A stretch of 64,000 nt of DNA, from contig CAZFNN010000004.1 of the NCBI GenBank assembly GCA_964520555.1, positions 128,134 to 192,133 on the forward strand, given 5' to 3'. Made by a program: the position numbers and the translations under genes. This DNA is from an uncultured Ignavibacteria bacterium (GTDB taxonomy: Bacteria; Zixibacteria; MSB-5A5; CAIYYT01). The notes beneath the pieces were generated by a model. It did no database searches, was not told the DNA's origin, and was given only the letters and a program-made list of their open reading frames with translations. Numbering within the stretch: the first letter of the stretch is position 1; every line of letters starts with the position of its first letter. This document shows, piece after piece, positions 18,938-30,785 of this stretch.

Positions 18938-19795
18938 CTACCCCGTATACCCCAGCCGCATCTCTTCCAGACGCCGTACCCGCTCTTCCATCGGCGGATG
19001 CGTCGAAAACAGGCTCGTGAAACCGCCGCGCCCGAACAGCGGATTAACGATAAACATGTGCGCTGTCGCCGGACTGGCATTCATCGGCACCCGCTGGGAG
19101 GCCGTGTGCAGTTTGCGCAGCGCATTGGCCAGATCGCGCGGATTGCCGTGGAACTTGGCGCCACCGGCATCGGCCAGGTATTCGCGCGAACGCGAAATCG
19201 CCATCTGAATCATCATCGCCGCAATCGGCGCGACAATCGCCATCACCAACACCCCCAGACCGCCGCCGCCGCGTTCGTCATCCGAACGGCCGCCGCCGAA
19301 GATCGCCGCAAATTGCGCCATGTTCGCGATCATCGAAATCGCCCCGGCAAACACTGCCGCGATCGTCCCGATCAGAATATCGCGATGCTTGACGTGCGCC
19401 AGCTCGTGCCCGATCACACCGCGCAGCTCGTTCTCGTCGAGGATACGCATGATGCCGCTGGTCACCGCCACCGCCGCGTGCTGCGGATTGCGCCCGGTCG
19501 CGAATGCATTCGGCGTTTCGCTCGGAATGACGTACACCTTCGGCATCGGTAATTGTGCCCGCTGCGACAGTTCGCGCACCATGTTGTAAAGCCGCGGCTG
19601 ATCCGCCTCGGTCACCGGCTGCGCCTTGTACATCTTCAGGACCAGCTTATCCGAAAACCAGTAAGAGAAAACGTTCATCAACAGGGCGAACACGAAGGCG
19701 ATCATCATACCGCCTTTACCGCCGAACATGTATCCCAGCCCGACAGCCAGCACCATCAGCAGCGCCATCAGGAACGTGGTTTTCATGGTGTTCAT
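18938..19795 (-). CDS. htpX: Zinc metalloprotease HtpX (M48)
   Basis: [10 protein letters not shown] zinc motif, 4 TM helices, collinear with E. coli HtpX. The probable start is MNTMKTTF at 19795 (track start is 19813). Confidence 0.85.
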   Translation of the reverse strand: MNTMKTTFLMALLMVLAVGLGYMFGGKGGMMIAFVFALLMNVFSYWFSDKLVLKMYKAQPVTEADQPRLYNMVRELSQRAQLPMPKVYVIPSETPNAFATGRNPQHAAVAVTSGIMRILDENELRGVIGHELAHVKHRDILIGTIAAVFAGAISMIANMAQFAAIFGGGRSDDERGGGGLGVLVMAIVAPIAAMMIQMAISRSREYLADAGGAKFHGNPRDLANALRKLHTASQRVPMNASPATAHMFIVNPLFGRGGFTSLFSTHPPMEERVRRLEEMRLGYTG

Positions 19796-20002
19796 TCTAT
19801 TCTCAACCTCCACTCTGTCTTGTCTATTTGCAGCCCGTCAGAACTGCATTCACCGCTTTTAACAGAAGGCAGCTCGATCTTGTTCCACGGACGCAACTTA
19901 CCCCGTCCGTTTCACCTTATTATACGAACGGGGAGCCTGGACTCGCCACTCAAATCGGTTAAGTTATTGGATGGAAAACGATTATCGGTGCGGCAGGTGA
20001 GG

Positions 20003-20605
20003 CTAAAACTCCACCCGCCCCTCCAGCGCCTTCGCCAAAGTCTGGCTGTCGGCAAACTGCAGGTCGGTGCCCACCGGAAGACCCCGTGCGATGCGGGTCA
20101 CCTTGATCCCCAAGGGATGAATCAGCTTGGCAATGTAAATCGCGGTCGCCTCCCCTTCGGTATCGGGCGAGGTCGCCAAAATCACCTCGCTCACTTCCCC
20201 CTTCAGCCGCTCCAACAGCCGCCGAATCTTCAGATCGTCCGGTCCGACACCATCCAGCGGCGATAGCACCCCGCCCAGCACGTGGTACACCCCGCGATAG
20301 GCCTCCCCCTTCTCCAGCGCCATCAAGTCATGCGCTTCCTCAACCACGCAGATCTTGCCATGATCGCGCTGCGTGTCGGCGCAAATCCGGCACGGGTCGG
20401 AGTCGGTAAGGTTGCAGCAAACCGAGCACTCCTTGACCTTGACCTTGACGTCGGTGATCAATTCCGCCAGCTCATCTGACTGCTCTTTCGGTAATTTTAG
20501 GATATAGAACGCCAGCCGCTGTGCCGACTTGCGCCCCACCCCCGGCATCCGCGACAATCGGTTGATCAGCTTCTCCAGCGTATCTGATGTCGGCAATGGC
20601 TTCAT
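20003..20605 (-). CDS. recR: Recombination protein RecR
   Basis: 200 aa. HhH, the C4 zinc finger CSVCCNLTDSDPCRIC, and a Toprim domain. Confidence 0.9.
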   Translation of the reverse strand: MKPLPTSDTLEKLINRLSRMPGVGRKSAQRLAFYILKLPKEQSDELAELITDVKVKVKECSVCCNLTDSDPCRICADTQRDHGKICVVEEAHDLMALEKGEAYRGVYHVLGGVLSPLDGVGPDDLKIRRLLERLKGEVSEVILATSPDTEGEATAIYIAKLIHPLGIKVTRIARGLPVGTDLQFADSQTLAKALEGRVEF

Positions 20606-20696
20606 CTTACAACTTGAATCATAATCATTCGGATTCCGGTGGGCGTTCTCGATTCCCCCATAACAAAGGGGTTAAGGAGGTGTTGGATTGCACCGC

Positions 20697-21026
20697 TTAC
20701 AATCCCAAATTCCCCAGTCCCGGAATATTCAACCCGCCGGTCAACGAACTCATTGTGTCCGCCTGCATCTGCTGCGCCTGCTCCTGCGCTTTGGTCACGG
20801 CCGAGACGATCATCTCTTCCAGCATCTCGACATCGCTCTCCTTGAGCACCTCCGGGTCGATCTTGACTTCCTTGAGATCGCCCTTGCCGGTAACCACCGC
20901 TTTGACCATGCCGCCGCCCGCGGTTGCCTCCACACGCTTATTGTTCAGTTCCTCCTGCAGTTCCGCCAGCTTGGCCTGCATTTTCTGAACCTGCTTCATC
21001 ATGTCGCCAAAACCTTTGGCCATCAA
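20697..21026 (-). CDS. ybaB: Nucleoid-associated protein YbaB/EbfC
   Basis: 109 aa. MMKQVQKMQAKLAELQEEL..GGMVKAVVTGKGDL matches the YbaB family. Conserved dnaX-ybaB-recR synteny. Confidence 0.9.
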   Translation of the reverse strand: MMAKGFGDMMKQVQKMQAKLAELQEELNNKRVEATAGGGMVKAVVTGKGDLKEVKIDPEVLKESDVEMLEEMIVSAVTKAQEQAQQMQADTMSSLTGGLNIPGLGNLGL

Positions 21027-21047
21027 CTCTCCTTGCGTCTGCTGCTA

Positions 21048-22733
21048 CTATTTCTCGTTTAGGTCCCGCCGAGCCGTGACCTCGGCCTCGAAAATCTCGA
21101 TCGCCTTCGCCACCAGCGGATGTTCGGCCTTTTCCGCCTCCGCAAACATTACGCTCCCCCCGCGCCCGCCGTTGCCGCCATTTTCACCCTTGCCGCTCCA
21201 AGCCGGATCAACGAAGAAGTGAAAGCGTAAGTCGCATCCACTCACCTGTTTGGCCACCTGCTCCAGCGTCTGCTGCAGGCTGCGATCCTGGAAGTAGCGT
21301 ACGTGCACCTCCCCCATGCGGTCAAACGCCACCGTCACCTTGTTCCCCTCGACCGCACGCGGCTGCGCCAGCGACAGTTTGATTTGCAGATTGCGATGCA
21401 CCGGCTTCAGCGCGGCCAGCAAGTCTTGCCACATCGTGCTGAGATCAAACTCCGTCGGCGCCGGGGCGGTGGTCATGGCGGCCGGCGGAGCGATCACCGG
21501 AGCCTCGGCTGGCTTGTTGATGATGAGCGTCGGCGCGGAGCTTACCGATTTTTTTTTCGCCTCGGCCGATGCCGCGGCCGCAGGTTTCGCAATGCTCGCT
21601 GTCCCGCCGGCTAACTGCCTCAGCACTTCCTCGATGCTGACGCTCACCTCCATCTGCATCAATTTCAACAGCGTGAGTTCGAGGTTGATCACGGGATCGA
21701 ACCCGTCGCGGATTTTCTCCTCCAGCGCCACCAGCAGATTCTGAATTCGCAGCAGATCATTGAGCGAATATTCAGTCGCCTGTGCGCGATACTCGCCCGC
21801 TTCATCCGCGGTCATACCGTAGTCCGCCCCCAAATCCGGGGCCGCTTTGAAGACCAGAAGCAAGCGCACTTCTTCCTGAAACCCGCGCACGAATTCCGCC
21901 GCGCCGACACCGGCCTTCAGGACGTCGTCGATCTTGCCGATGATCCCCGCCGCGTCTTTCCCGCGAATCAGCCCCAACAGCGCCCGGAACTCGCTACGCG
22001 GCAGAATTCCCAACGCTTCGGTCAACAGCTTCATGTCGATCTGCTCGTGCTGCCACGATGCCACCTGGTCCAGGATCGACAGCGCATCCCGAAGCGAGCC
22101 GTCGCCGCGCCGGGCCAGTTCCGCCAGCGCGTCGTCGGTAACTCGAAGTTTCTCCTTCTCGGCAATATTGCGCAGCGCTGCGCGCAGTTCCGACTCCGGG
22201 ATCCGCCGGAAATCATAGCGCTGACAGCGCGACAAAATCGTCTGCGGGACCTTGTGCGCCTCGGTCGTCGCGAACACGAACACCGCATGCGCCGGCGGCT
22301 CCTCCAGCGTCTTAAGCAAGGCGTCAAACGCCGAACCGCTCAAGCGATGGACTTCATCGATGATGTACACCTTGTGTTTGCCGCTGACCGGCGCGTATTT
22401 GATCGACTCGCGCAGCTCGCGCACGTCGTCGACCGACGTGTGTGAGGCCGCGTCGATTTCCAACACGTCCAGCGACCGCCCTTTGATGATCCCCACGCAC
22501 GAATCACACTGGTCGCACGGCTCGCTCCCCTGCGGATTGGCGCAATTCAGGCGCTTGGCCAGAATGCGCGCCACCGTTGTCTTGCCCGTCCCCCGGACAC
22601 CGCAAAACAAGTAAGCCTGCGCGATCCGACCGTGCTCGATCGCACGCGTCAGCGTCTCCGAGACGTGATCCTGCGCGAGCACTTCGGCGAACTTCTGCGG
22701 ACGATACTTGCGCGAGAATACGTAATAGCTCAT
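21048..22733 (-). CDS. dnaX: DNA polymerase III subunit gamma/tau
   Basis: AAA+ Walker A GVRGTGKTT, the zinc module CxxC...CxxC and sensor motifs. The real start is MSYYVFSRKYRPQKF at 22733. The track start at 22805 would overlap the SRP RNA. Confidence 0.85.
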   Translation of the reverse strand: MSYYVFSRKYRPQKFAEVLAQDHVSETLTRAIEHGRIAQAYLFCGVRGTGKTTVARILAKRLNCANPQGSEPCDQCDSCVGIIKGRSLDVLEIDAASHTSVDDVRELRESIKYAPVSGKHKVYIIDEVHRLSGSAFDALLKTLEEPPAHAVFVFATTEAHKVPQTILSRCQRYDFRRIPESELRAALRNIAEKEKLRVTDDALAELARRGDGSLRDALSILDQVASWQHEQIDMKLLTEALGILPRSEFRALLGLIRGKDAAGIIGKIDDVLKAGVGAAEFVRGFQEEVRLLLVFKAAPDLGADYGMTADEAGEYRAQATEYSLNDLLRIQNLLVALEEKIRDGFDPVINLELTLLKLMQMEVSVSIEEVLRQLAGGTASIAKPAAAASAEAKKKSVSSAPTLIINKPAEAPVIAPPAAMTTAPAPTEFDLSTMWQDLLAALKPVHRNLQIKLSLAQPRAVEGNKVTVAFDRMGEVHVRYFQDRSLQQTLEQVAKQVSGCDLRFHFFVDPAWSGKGENGGNGGRGGSVMFAEAEKAEHPLVAKAIEIFEAEVTARRDLNEK

Positions 22734-22770
22734 CTGCGTGTCGTTGAGTTCTTCAGCCGTCCCGCTTGGC

Positions 22771-22892
<122 letters not shown>

Positions 22893-23094
22893 GTGACCAG
22901 CAACAAATCACGCCGGCAATCCAGCCGCCGCGACTCGCCGATCGATAATACGCCCATTCCGGCAGGCCGTCAATCGCTATTTTCGTCGCCGCGTCGCGCC
23001 CGTCGCGTTTACGCTTTCTTCTTGCTCTTCGTAATTACGGTCGTTATTGTCAGATCGCAACGCCGCATCGCGTTGCCGTTTAGAGGAGAGATCA

Positions 23095-24612
23095 ATGACC
23101 GTTCCCAAACCGCGTTTGCCGCGCTTAGCTTACAATTGGATTAGTTCGCTCGGAGCGTTTATTGCGCTCGCCGTCGCGCTGGTGATCATCGTGATGCTGA
23201 TCATCAACTTCACGATGGAGCAAACCAGCGCCTACTTCGGCATCTTCCTCTACATGGTCCTGCCGGCCATTCTCATCTTCGGCCTCATCCTGATCCCGAT
23301 CGGCATGTTCCGCGAATGGCGCCGCTGGAAACGTGGCGAATCCTCCGAGTTGCCCAAGTGGCCGCTCGTCGATCTCAATAATCGGCGCCACCGCAATGCC
23401 ACCGCGATCTTTATCGTTGGCACGGTGCTGTTCTTCGCTATCTCCGCCGTGGGCAGCTACCAGGCTTACCACTATTCCGAGTCGGTCAAGTTCTGCGGCA
23501 CGACCTGCCATACCGTGATGGAACCGCAGTACACGGCTTACCAGGCGTCGCCCCACGCACGCGTCGCCTGCGTGGAATGCCATGTCGGCACCGGCGCCTC
23601 CTGGTACGCCAAATCCAAGCTCTCCGGCGCCTATCAGGTCTACGCCGTCATGGCCGATGTCTACCCGCGCCCCATTGCCACTCCGATTCGCGATCTGCGT
23701 CCGGCGCGCGAGACCTGCGAAGAGTGCCATTGGCCGGAGAAAACCTACGGTCAGGAACTGCGCACTTTCACGCACTACATGTACGACGATGACAACCCCA
23801 GATGGACGACCGACATGCGCATCATCACCGACACCGGTGAGCCGCACGCGGGGCAGAAAGCCGGCATCCATTGGCATATCAACCCTGACATCGCCATCGA
23901 ATACATCGCCCGCGACTACGGCCGCCAGGATATCCCCTGGGTCCGCGTGACCGAGAAATCGACCGGCACCGTCGCCGTCTACGAGGACGAATCGAATCCG
24001 CTGGATCAAGCGGCGCGCGACACGCTGGCCGTGCGCGTAATGGACTGCATCGACTGCCACAACCGCCCCAGCCACATTTATCGCTCGCCCGATTACGCCG
24101 TTGACCGCGCGCTTCAGTCCGGTTTCATCGATCCGACCTTGCCCGGGATCAAGGCACTGTCGGTCGAAACCATGGCGGCCGAATACGAAACCAAAGACGC
24201 TGCGCTGTCCGCCATCTCGACACGGATCAACGACCACTACGAAGACGTCGGACTCCTGGACGATCCGGCGCGGCGCGGCGCGGTCGACTCGGCGATCGTC
24301 GCAGTTCAACGGGCCTTTACCCAGAATATCTTCCCCTATATGAAGGCCCGCTGGGACGTCTATCCGAACAACATCGGCCACTTCAACGACATCGGCTGCA
24401 TGCGCTGCCATGCCGGTAACCACAAAGCCTCCGACGGCGCGGCAATTACGCACGATTGCTCCGCCTGCCATACGATTGTGGCGCAGGGTCTGGCCGGCGC
24501 CATGGAACGCGATTCCACCGGTCTCGGTCTCGAGTTCAAGCATCCCGTCGACATCGACGATGCCTGGAAGGAAACCGGCTGCTACGAATGTCATGCCGGC
24601 GTCCAGCCATAG
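23095..24612 (+). CDS. Inner-membrane multiheme (7 CxxCH) cytochrome c with N-terminal NapC/NirT-type quinol-dehydrogenase module (ImcH/CymA-like)
   Basis: Two N-terminal TM helices, then CGTTCH, CVECH, CEECH, CIDCH, CMRCH, CSACH, CYECH. RBS AGGAGAG lies 7 nt upstream of the ATG at 23095. Confidence 0.75.
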   Translation: MTVPKPRLPRLAYNWISSLGAFIALAVALVIIVMLIINFTMEQTSAYFGIFLYMVLPAILIFGLILIPIGMFREWRRWKRGESSELPKWPLVDLNNRRHRNATAIFIVGTVLFFAISAVGSYQAYHYSESVKFCGTTCHTVMEPQYTAYQASPHARVACVECHVGTGASWYAKSKLSGAYQVYAVMADVYPRPIATPIRDLRPARETCEECHWPEKTYGQELRTFTHYMYDDDNPRWTTDMRIITDTGEPHAGQKAGIHWHINPDIAIEYIARDYGRQDIPWVRVTEKSTGTVAVYEDESNPLDQAARDTLAVRVMDCIDCHNRPSHIYRSPDYAVDRALQSGFIDPTLPGIKALSVETMAAEYETKDAALSAISTRINDHYEDVGLLDDPARRGAVDSAIVAVQRAFTQNIFPYMKARWDVYPNNIGHFNDIGCMRCHAGNHKASDGAAITHDCSACHTIVAQGLAGAMERDSTGLGLEFKHPVDIDDAWKETGCYECHAGVQP

Positions 24613-24673
24613 CACCGCCGCCGCGACTCCCCGCCAGGCTCTGAGCACTCCTCCAACTCAGTAGTCATCTACC

Positions 24674-24701
24674 ATTGACATAATCGTCTAAATCGATATA
24701 T
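24674..24701 (+). promoter_or_regulatory. Sigma70-like promoter (TTGACA-N16-TATATT)
   Basis: Perfect -35 at 24674-24679, 16-nt spacer, -10 TATATT at 24696-24701, upstream of the dockerin beta-propeller gene. Confidence 0.4.
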
Positions 24702-24763
24702 TTAGGCGATTATTGGATGCCACATACCATTGCTGCCGAGCTGAACCTACGATTGGAGGAGAC

Positions 24764-26236
24764 GTGAATCGCACCGTCATCGGGATACTCATCATTGCGT
24801 TGTTCATCTGCTTGCCGCTTGCCGTTCAAGCGAGTGACTTTGTCTTGGACAGCATTGCCACCTTCACCTATCCGAGTGCCGGCAACCTCGGCGGCTCCGA
24901 CTGCTGGGGTTGGAAAGCTCCGGACGGCACGCTCTACGGCTTGATGGGCGTACGCAGCGGAATCGCGGTTGTCAACGTCTCGGCCCGTCTGCCGGTGCAG
25001 GTTGTACCCGGTCCTCAGAACAGCTGTTCCGCCTACTGGCGCGACATCAAGACCTACCAGCACTACGCATACTGCACCTCCGAGTGCCTCGGCACCAATC
25101 AGGGCCTTATGATTATCGACCTGCAGTACCTGCCCGACAGTGTCCATTTTATGAAGTCGATCCCGGTGCATCCTTCCGGCGATGTGACCTCGCATAACCT
25201 CTCGATCGATACCCTCAACGGCTTCGCCTATCTCGAGGGTCGCAATCAGGCCGCCATGTCGATTCACGTCTTCAGTCTGGCCGACCCGGAAAACCCGGTC
25301 CACGTGCACAGCTTTGGCGATGCCATCGGCATTCACGACGTCCTTGCGACCGACGACACGATCTACGTCGCCGACGGCAATGCGCCCACCATCTCGATCT
25401 ACAACATGACTGTCAAGACCGCCCCGGCGCTGATCTCGCGCGTCACGATTCCCAGCGCCGGCTACGTGCACAATGTCTGGCCGACTGATGATCGTCAGCA
25501 CATGGTCACCACCGAAGAGACTACCGGCAAGACAATCAAGGTCTGGGACATATCCAACCTCAGCAACGTGCAGCTCGCGGGCAGCTTCCTCGGCAATTCC
25601 AACGTTGCCCACAACGTGCATTGCTGGGGCAATTTCGTCTACATCTCGCATTACGCCGCCGGTGTCGAGGTCTGGGACATTGCCACTCCGTCGACGCCGA
25701 CTGTCGTCGCCCGTTTCGACACCTGGTCGACCGCTTCCGGTTTCGATGGCTGCTGGGGCGCGTTCCCCTTTGCCGATTCCGGTTACGTTTACGGCTCAAA
25801 TATGAACGGCAAGTTCTTCATCCTGCAGTTGCGTGATACGACCGTGGTGGCTGACGACGATTCCGACGGTGTCGGCAACCCGACCGACAACTGCCCGCTC
25901 CTGGCCAATCCGCTCCAGGAGGACGCCGACCACGACGACATCGGTGATCTCTGCGATAACTGTCCCAACAACGCCAACCCCGGGCAGCAGGATTCCGACA
26001 ACGACGGTATCGGTGATGCCTGCGACGCGCTTTGCGGCGACTCCGACGGCTCTGCCAGTCTTTCAATCGCCGACGCTGTCTTTGTGATCAATTTCATCTT
26101 TGCCGGCGGTCCGGCGCCGAATCCGACGGATGCCGCCGACGTCAATTGCGACGGCAACGTCAACATTTCCGACGCCGTCTACTTGATCAATTTCATTTTT
26201 GTCGGTGGTATGAATCCCTGCGCCAACTGCTTGTAG
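24764..26236 (+). CDS. Secreted beta-propeller protein (LVIVD / choice-of-anchor-B-like) with thrombospondin-type-3 Asp-rich repeats and C-terminal dockerin-type repeats
   Basis: Signal peptide. Repeated VWDIS / VEVWDI propeller motifs. DSDGVGNPTDNCP..DADHDDIGDLCDNCPNNANPGQQDSDNDGIGDACD are TSP3 repeats. Two dockerin repeats (LSIADAVFVINFIFAGG, VNISDAVYLINFIFVGG). Start taken as GTG 24764 after GGAGGA; ATG 24713 is the alternative. Confidence 0.65.
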   Translation: MNRTVIGILIIALFICLPLAVQASDFVLDSIATFTYPSAGNLGGSDCWGWKAPDGTLYGLMGVRSGIAVVNVSARLPVQVVPGPQNSCSAYWRDIKTYQHYAYCTSECLGTNQGLMIIDLQYLPDSVHFMKSIPVHPSGDVTSHNLSIDTLNGFAYLEGRNQAAMSIHVFSLADPENPVHVHSFGDAIGIHDVLATDDTIYVADGNAPTISIYNMTVKTAPALISRVTIPSAGYVHNVWPTDDRQHMVTTEETTGKTIKVWDISNLSNVQLAGSFLGNSNVAHNVHCWGNFVYISHYAAGVEVWDIATPSTPTVVARFDTWSTASGFDGCWGAFPFADSGYVYGSNMNGKFFILQLRDTTVVADDDSDGVGNPTDNCPLLANPLQEDADHDDIGDLCDNCPNNANPGQQDSDNDGIGDACDALCGDSDGSASLSIADAVFVINFIFAGGPAPNPTDAADVNCDGNVNISDAVYLINFIFVGGMNPCANCL

Positions 26237-26263
26237 CTTGCGCCGGTCGCTTCTGTGCAAGGG

Positions 26264-26617
26264 CTATGGAGCCGTGATTCGAGTGAGGTGGATGTCGTGG
26301 ATTGTCCGCGACGTCACGGTTACTCTCGCGGCGTAGTCTTCATATCCACCCTTGGTCGCCGTGATCGTCTGTTCACCGAGCGGCACCTCAGGAATCTCGA
26401 AGCGCCCGTTCGTGACCGTCTTGAAGCTACGGCCGGCAACCGTGATGACCACCTTGGGAATCGTGCCGCCGGTGTTTTCCAGGAATACTGTCCCGGAGAC
26501 AACGCCCGCCACCGGGACATCAACGCTCTTATCCGAGCAGGAATTCGCCGCCAGCAAGAGCGTGATGGCGATACCCGCGAACCGCAACCGCTTCAATTTC
26601 TTAAGTCTATGATCCAT
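26264..26617 (-). CDS. Small lipoprotein with carboxypeptidase-regulatory-like (CarbopepD_reg) beta-sandwich domain
   Basis: 117 aa. Lipobox LLAANSC and a GTVFLENTGGTIPKVVITVAGRSFKTVTNGRFEIPEVPLGEQTITATKGGYE transthyretin-like fold. GGAGA RBS upstream of the ATG at 26617. Confidence 0.5.
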   Translation of the reverse strand: MDHRLKKLKRLRFAGIAITLLLAANSCSDKSVDVPVAGVVSGTVFLENTGGTIPKVVITVAGRSFKTVTNGRFEIPEVPLGEQTITATKGGYEDYAARVTVTSRTIHDIHLTRITAP

Positions 26618-26741
26618 TTTCGTATCTCCAACTGATCTACGCGGCAATCCATCACGTGCGTAGCGACAATCGGCTTTCGCCTCGCGCCAATTCTCAGCTT
26701 GACTTAGCCCACCCCTGCCCCTACCATGCTTGCCAATCACT

Positions 26742-27896
26742 ATGGCGCTGACTTCTGACCTGCGTTACGATTTCTGGGATATCCTCAAAGCGCCGCGGCT
26801 GGCGATCTCGGGCAAAAACCTTATCGCCCAGGCGCGGCCGCTTTGGTACGGCTATCTCGCCTACCTCGTTCTGACCTACTTGGCACTGATGCTCGAGAGC
26901 CAATCCTTTGCTGAAGTCTGGTCGCACTCAACACTTTTCCCCACTCTCGGCTGTGACTATTCGCATTGGTACGCTTTCGCCTTATGGATTGCCGGCATCC
27001 TCGTCGTGATCGGCTTCTACGACTACGGCAACCTCAAGGTCGCTAAACTCGCCTTCGAGGAGGTTCGCGGCAACTACTTCTATCCGCCTGCCGCGGCTGC
27101 AGCCGATGCCCGTGCCAATCTGTTGCCGCTCTGGGTTGCCGGTGGACTGGTCCTGTTGCTGATCGTGGTGCTCGCGGCGATTCAAGGCGTGCTCAGTCTG
27201 ATCGCCCTGATTCCCGGCGTCGGCGAGGTCTTGTACGCGCTATTGTACGCGGTCCCGTTCTTTCTCTGGTCGCTTTTTCTGGTCTTCCTCGCCTTCGGCC
27301 TGATCACCGGCATTCTCACTTTGCCCGCCATCATTGTCGCCCGTGAGAAAGAGACGTTCGGCGCCACCTTCTACATCTATAACATTGTCTGGAGCCAGCC
27401 GCTGCGCTGGCTTGGCACAACCATCGTCGGCATCGCCTTGGCCAAAATTGGAATCTGGGTGCTCGGCTACTTTTTCATGCGCGCCCTCCAGCTCACCAAT
27501 TTCCTTTCGACGCTCTTTGCCGGCGAGAAGGTGACCAACATCCTGATGTCCGCCTACAACCTGCTTGAACCGGCGCGGCCCATTCTGAGCTTTTTCACGA
27601 CCCTTTATCCCGGCTCGTCAGCCAGCTACGACTGGATCAGTTTCGGCGGGCAGTATCAGCCGGTCGGCGCCGAGTATATCGCGGCCATCATCATCGCGCT
27701 GGCGCTGCTCGCGCTCTGGATTGTGATCATTTCTTACGGAATCAACATTGTTACCTGTTCGCAGCTGCTCGGCTTCCTGCTCGTGCACTACAAGGAGGAC
27801 AAGGTCAAGCTGACCGAGGATATCGCCAACCGCACGCCGGAACCGAATGAGATAATCCCGGATAAGCCGCTATCGGACGACCGGCTACCTTCATAA
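26742..27896 (+). CDS. Polytopic membrane protein, hypothetical
   Basis: About 385 aa with 8-10 predicted TM helices and no recognisable motif. The first ATG is at 26742; the track starts at an upstream TTG at 26730. Confidence 0.5.
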   Translation: MALTSDLRYDFWDILKAPRLAISGKNLIAQARPLWYGYLAYLVLTYLALMLESQSFAEVWSHSTLFPTLGCDYSHWYAFALWIAGILVVIGFYDYGNLKVAKLAFEEVRGNYFYPPAAAAADARANLLPLWVAGGLVLLLIVVLAAIQGVLSLIALIPGVGEVLYALLYAVPFFLWSLFLVFLAFGLITGILTLPAIIVAREKETFGATFYIYNIVWSQPLRWLGTTIVGIALAKIGIWVLGYFFMRALQLTNFLSTLFAGEKVTNILMSAYNLLEPARPILSFFTTLYPGSSASYDWISFGGQYQPVGAEYIAAIIIALALLALWIVIISYGINIVTCSQLLGFLLVHYKEDKVKLTEDIANRTPEPNEIIPDKPLSDDRLPS

Positions 27897-27927
27897 CCGC
27901 CGCCGACGCCGCGTAATCACTACGAAT

Positions 27928-29733
<1,806 letters not shown>

Positions 29734-29970
29734 CTCCTGCCAATCTGTAGTCCACCCGCAGCGTCAGCGAAGGGTGGGATCCTCAATAACCGCCTCGTCA
29801 GCTCACTCTCCCCACCGACAGCCACTGCGGACGGAATTGAACCCGACACGCCCCCTCCCGCAGGTTCGGGTCTGCCTACCCGCGATGATTGCCATTGTGC
29901 CAGCCACCTCCCGCTGTAGCCAATCTTCCACCGCGCTTCCATATGTGGCCATCTTCGATCCATATTTTAC

Positions 29971-29998
29971 TTGACAACCAGGTTAGTGATTCTAAACT
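29971..29998 (+). promoter_or_regulatory. Sigma70-like promoter TTGACA-N16-TAAACT for cytochrome c copy 1
   Basis: -35 at 29971-29976, -10 at 29993-29998. RBS AAGGAGTG sits at 30018-30025 before the ATG at 30029. Confidence 0.5.
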
Positions 29999-30028
29999 TG
30001 CGCCTTCAACCCTCGCAAGGAGTGAATC

Positions 30029-30619
30029 ATGAAACCCGCAACCGCCAAAATCCTGATCCTGCTTTCGCTGTCCGGCGCCGCCTTCTTACTGATCACTTGC
30101 GCCCAAAGCGGGAGCAAACCGCTCACCGAGGCCGAACTCGTCCAACGTGGCGCCTATCTCGTCTCGTCCGGCCTCTGCAACGACTGCCACTCGCCCAAGA
30201 AATTCACCGCCGCCGGCCCGGTCCCGGACGAGTCGATTCTCCTCTCCGGCCACCCAGCTTCGTTGTCGGCGCTCGATTTCCCCGCCGACAAGCTCGACCC
30301 CAACGGCTGGGCTGTCATGACCAATGGCCACTTCACCGCTTGGGCCGGTCCCTGGGGCATCTCCTTCGCCGCGAATCTCACGCCGGACGAAAAAACCGGT
30401 CTCGGGACGTGGAAAGAAGAAGACTTCATCAAGGCCGTACGCTCCGGCAAGCACATGGGCACCGGCCGCGATATTCTACCGCCGATGCCGTGGCCGCTGA
30501 TCGGCAAGATGTCGGATGATGATCTCAAGGCGATCTTCGCCTATCTTCAATCATTGCCGGCCGTGCCGAATCTCGTTCCCGGCCCGATTCCGCCGCCGAC
30601 ACCCCCGGCGCAGAATTAG
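30029..30619 (+). CDS. Monoheme c-type cytochrome lipoprotein (copy 1)
   Basis: Lipobox LLITCAQSG, single CNDCH heme site, distal PPMPW region. 196 aa. Confidence 0.75.
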   Translation: MKPATAKILILLSLSGAAFLLITCAQSGSKPLTEAELVQRGAYLVSSGLCNDCHSPKKFTAAGPVPDESILLSGHPASLSALDFPADKLDPNGWAVMTNGHFTAWAGPWGISFAANLTPDEKTGLGTWKEEDFIKAVRSGKHMGTGRDILPPMPWPLIGKMSDDDLKAIFAYLQSLPAVPNLVPGPIPPPTPPAQN

Positions 30620-30727
30620 CGCGCTTCACCGCCGAACACCATAGGCTCAGTCCCCGCTCCGGCAACCGAGTGGGGACTGCTCCAGGCCCCGCCCCGCTAT
30701 TCTCGTGAATATAGCTCCACATTTTCC

Positions 30728-30755
30728 TTGACACCCCCGGCAAGCGCGCTAAACT
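30728..30755 (+). promoter_or_regulatory. Sigma70-like promoter TTGACA-N16-TAAACT for cytochrome c copy 2
   Basis: Identical -35 and -10 hexamers and spacing to the copy-1 promoter. RBS AAGGAGTG precedes the ATG at 30786. Confidence 0.5.
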
Positions 30756-30785
30756 ACCGGCGGAAACTAACGCAAGGAGTGTCTC

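Noticed and set aside
29830-29876. tRNA-like fragments (GGAATTGAACCCG on the minus strand, and CAGGTTCGGGTCTGC on the plus strand) in the lepA-cytochrome spacer
   Set aside because: Neither strand folds into a 5-bp T-stem with a 7-nt loop, and no acceptor, D or anticodon arms could be built. These are probably chance resemblances.
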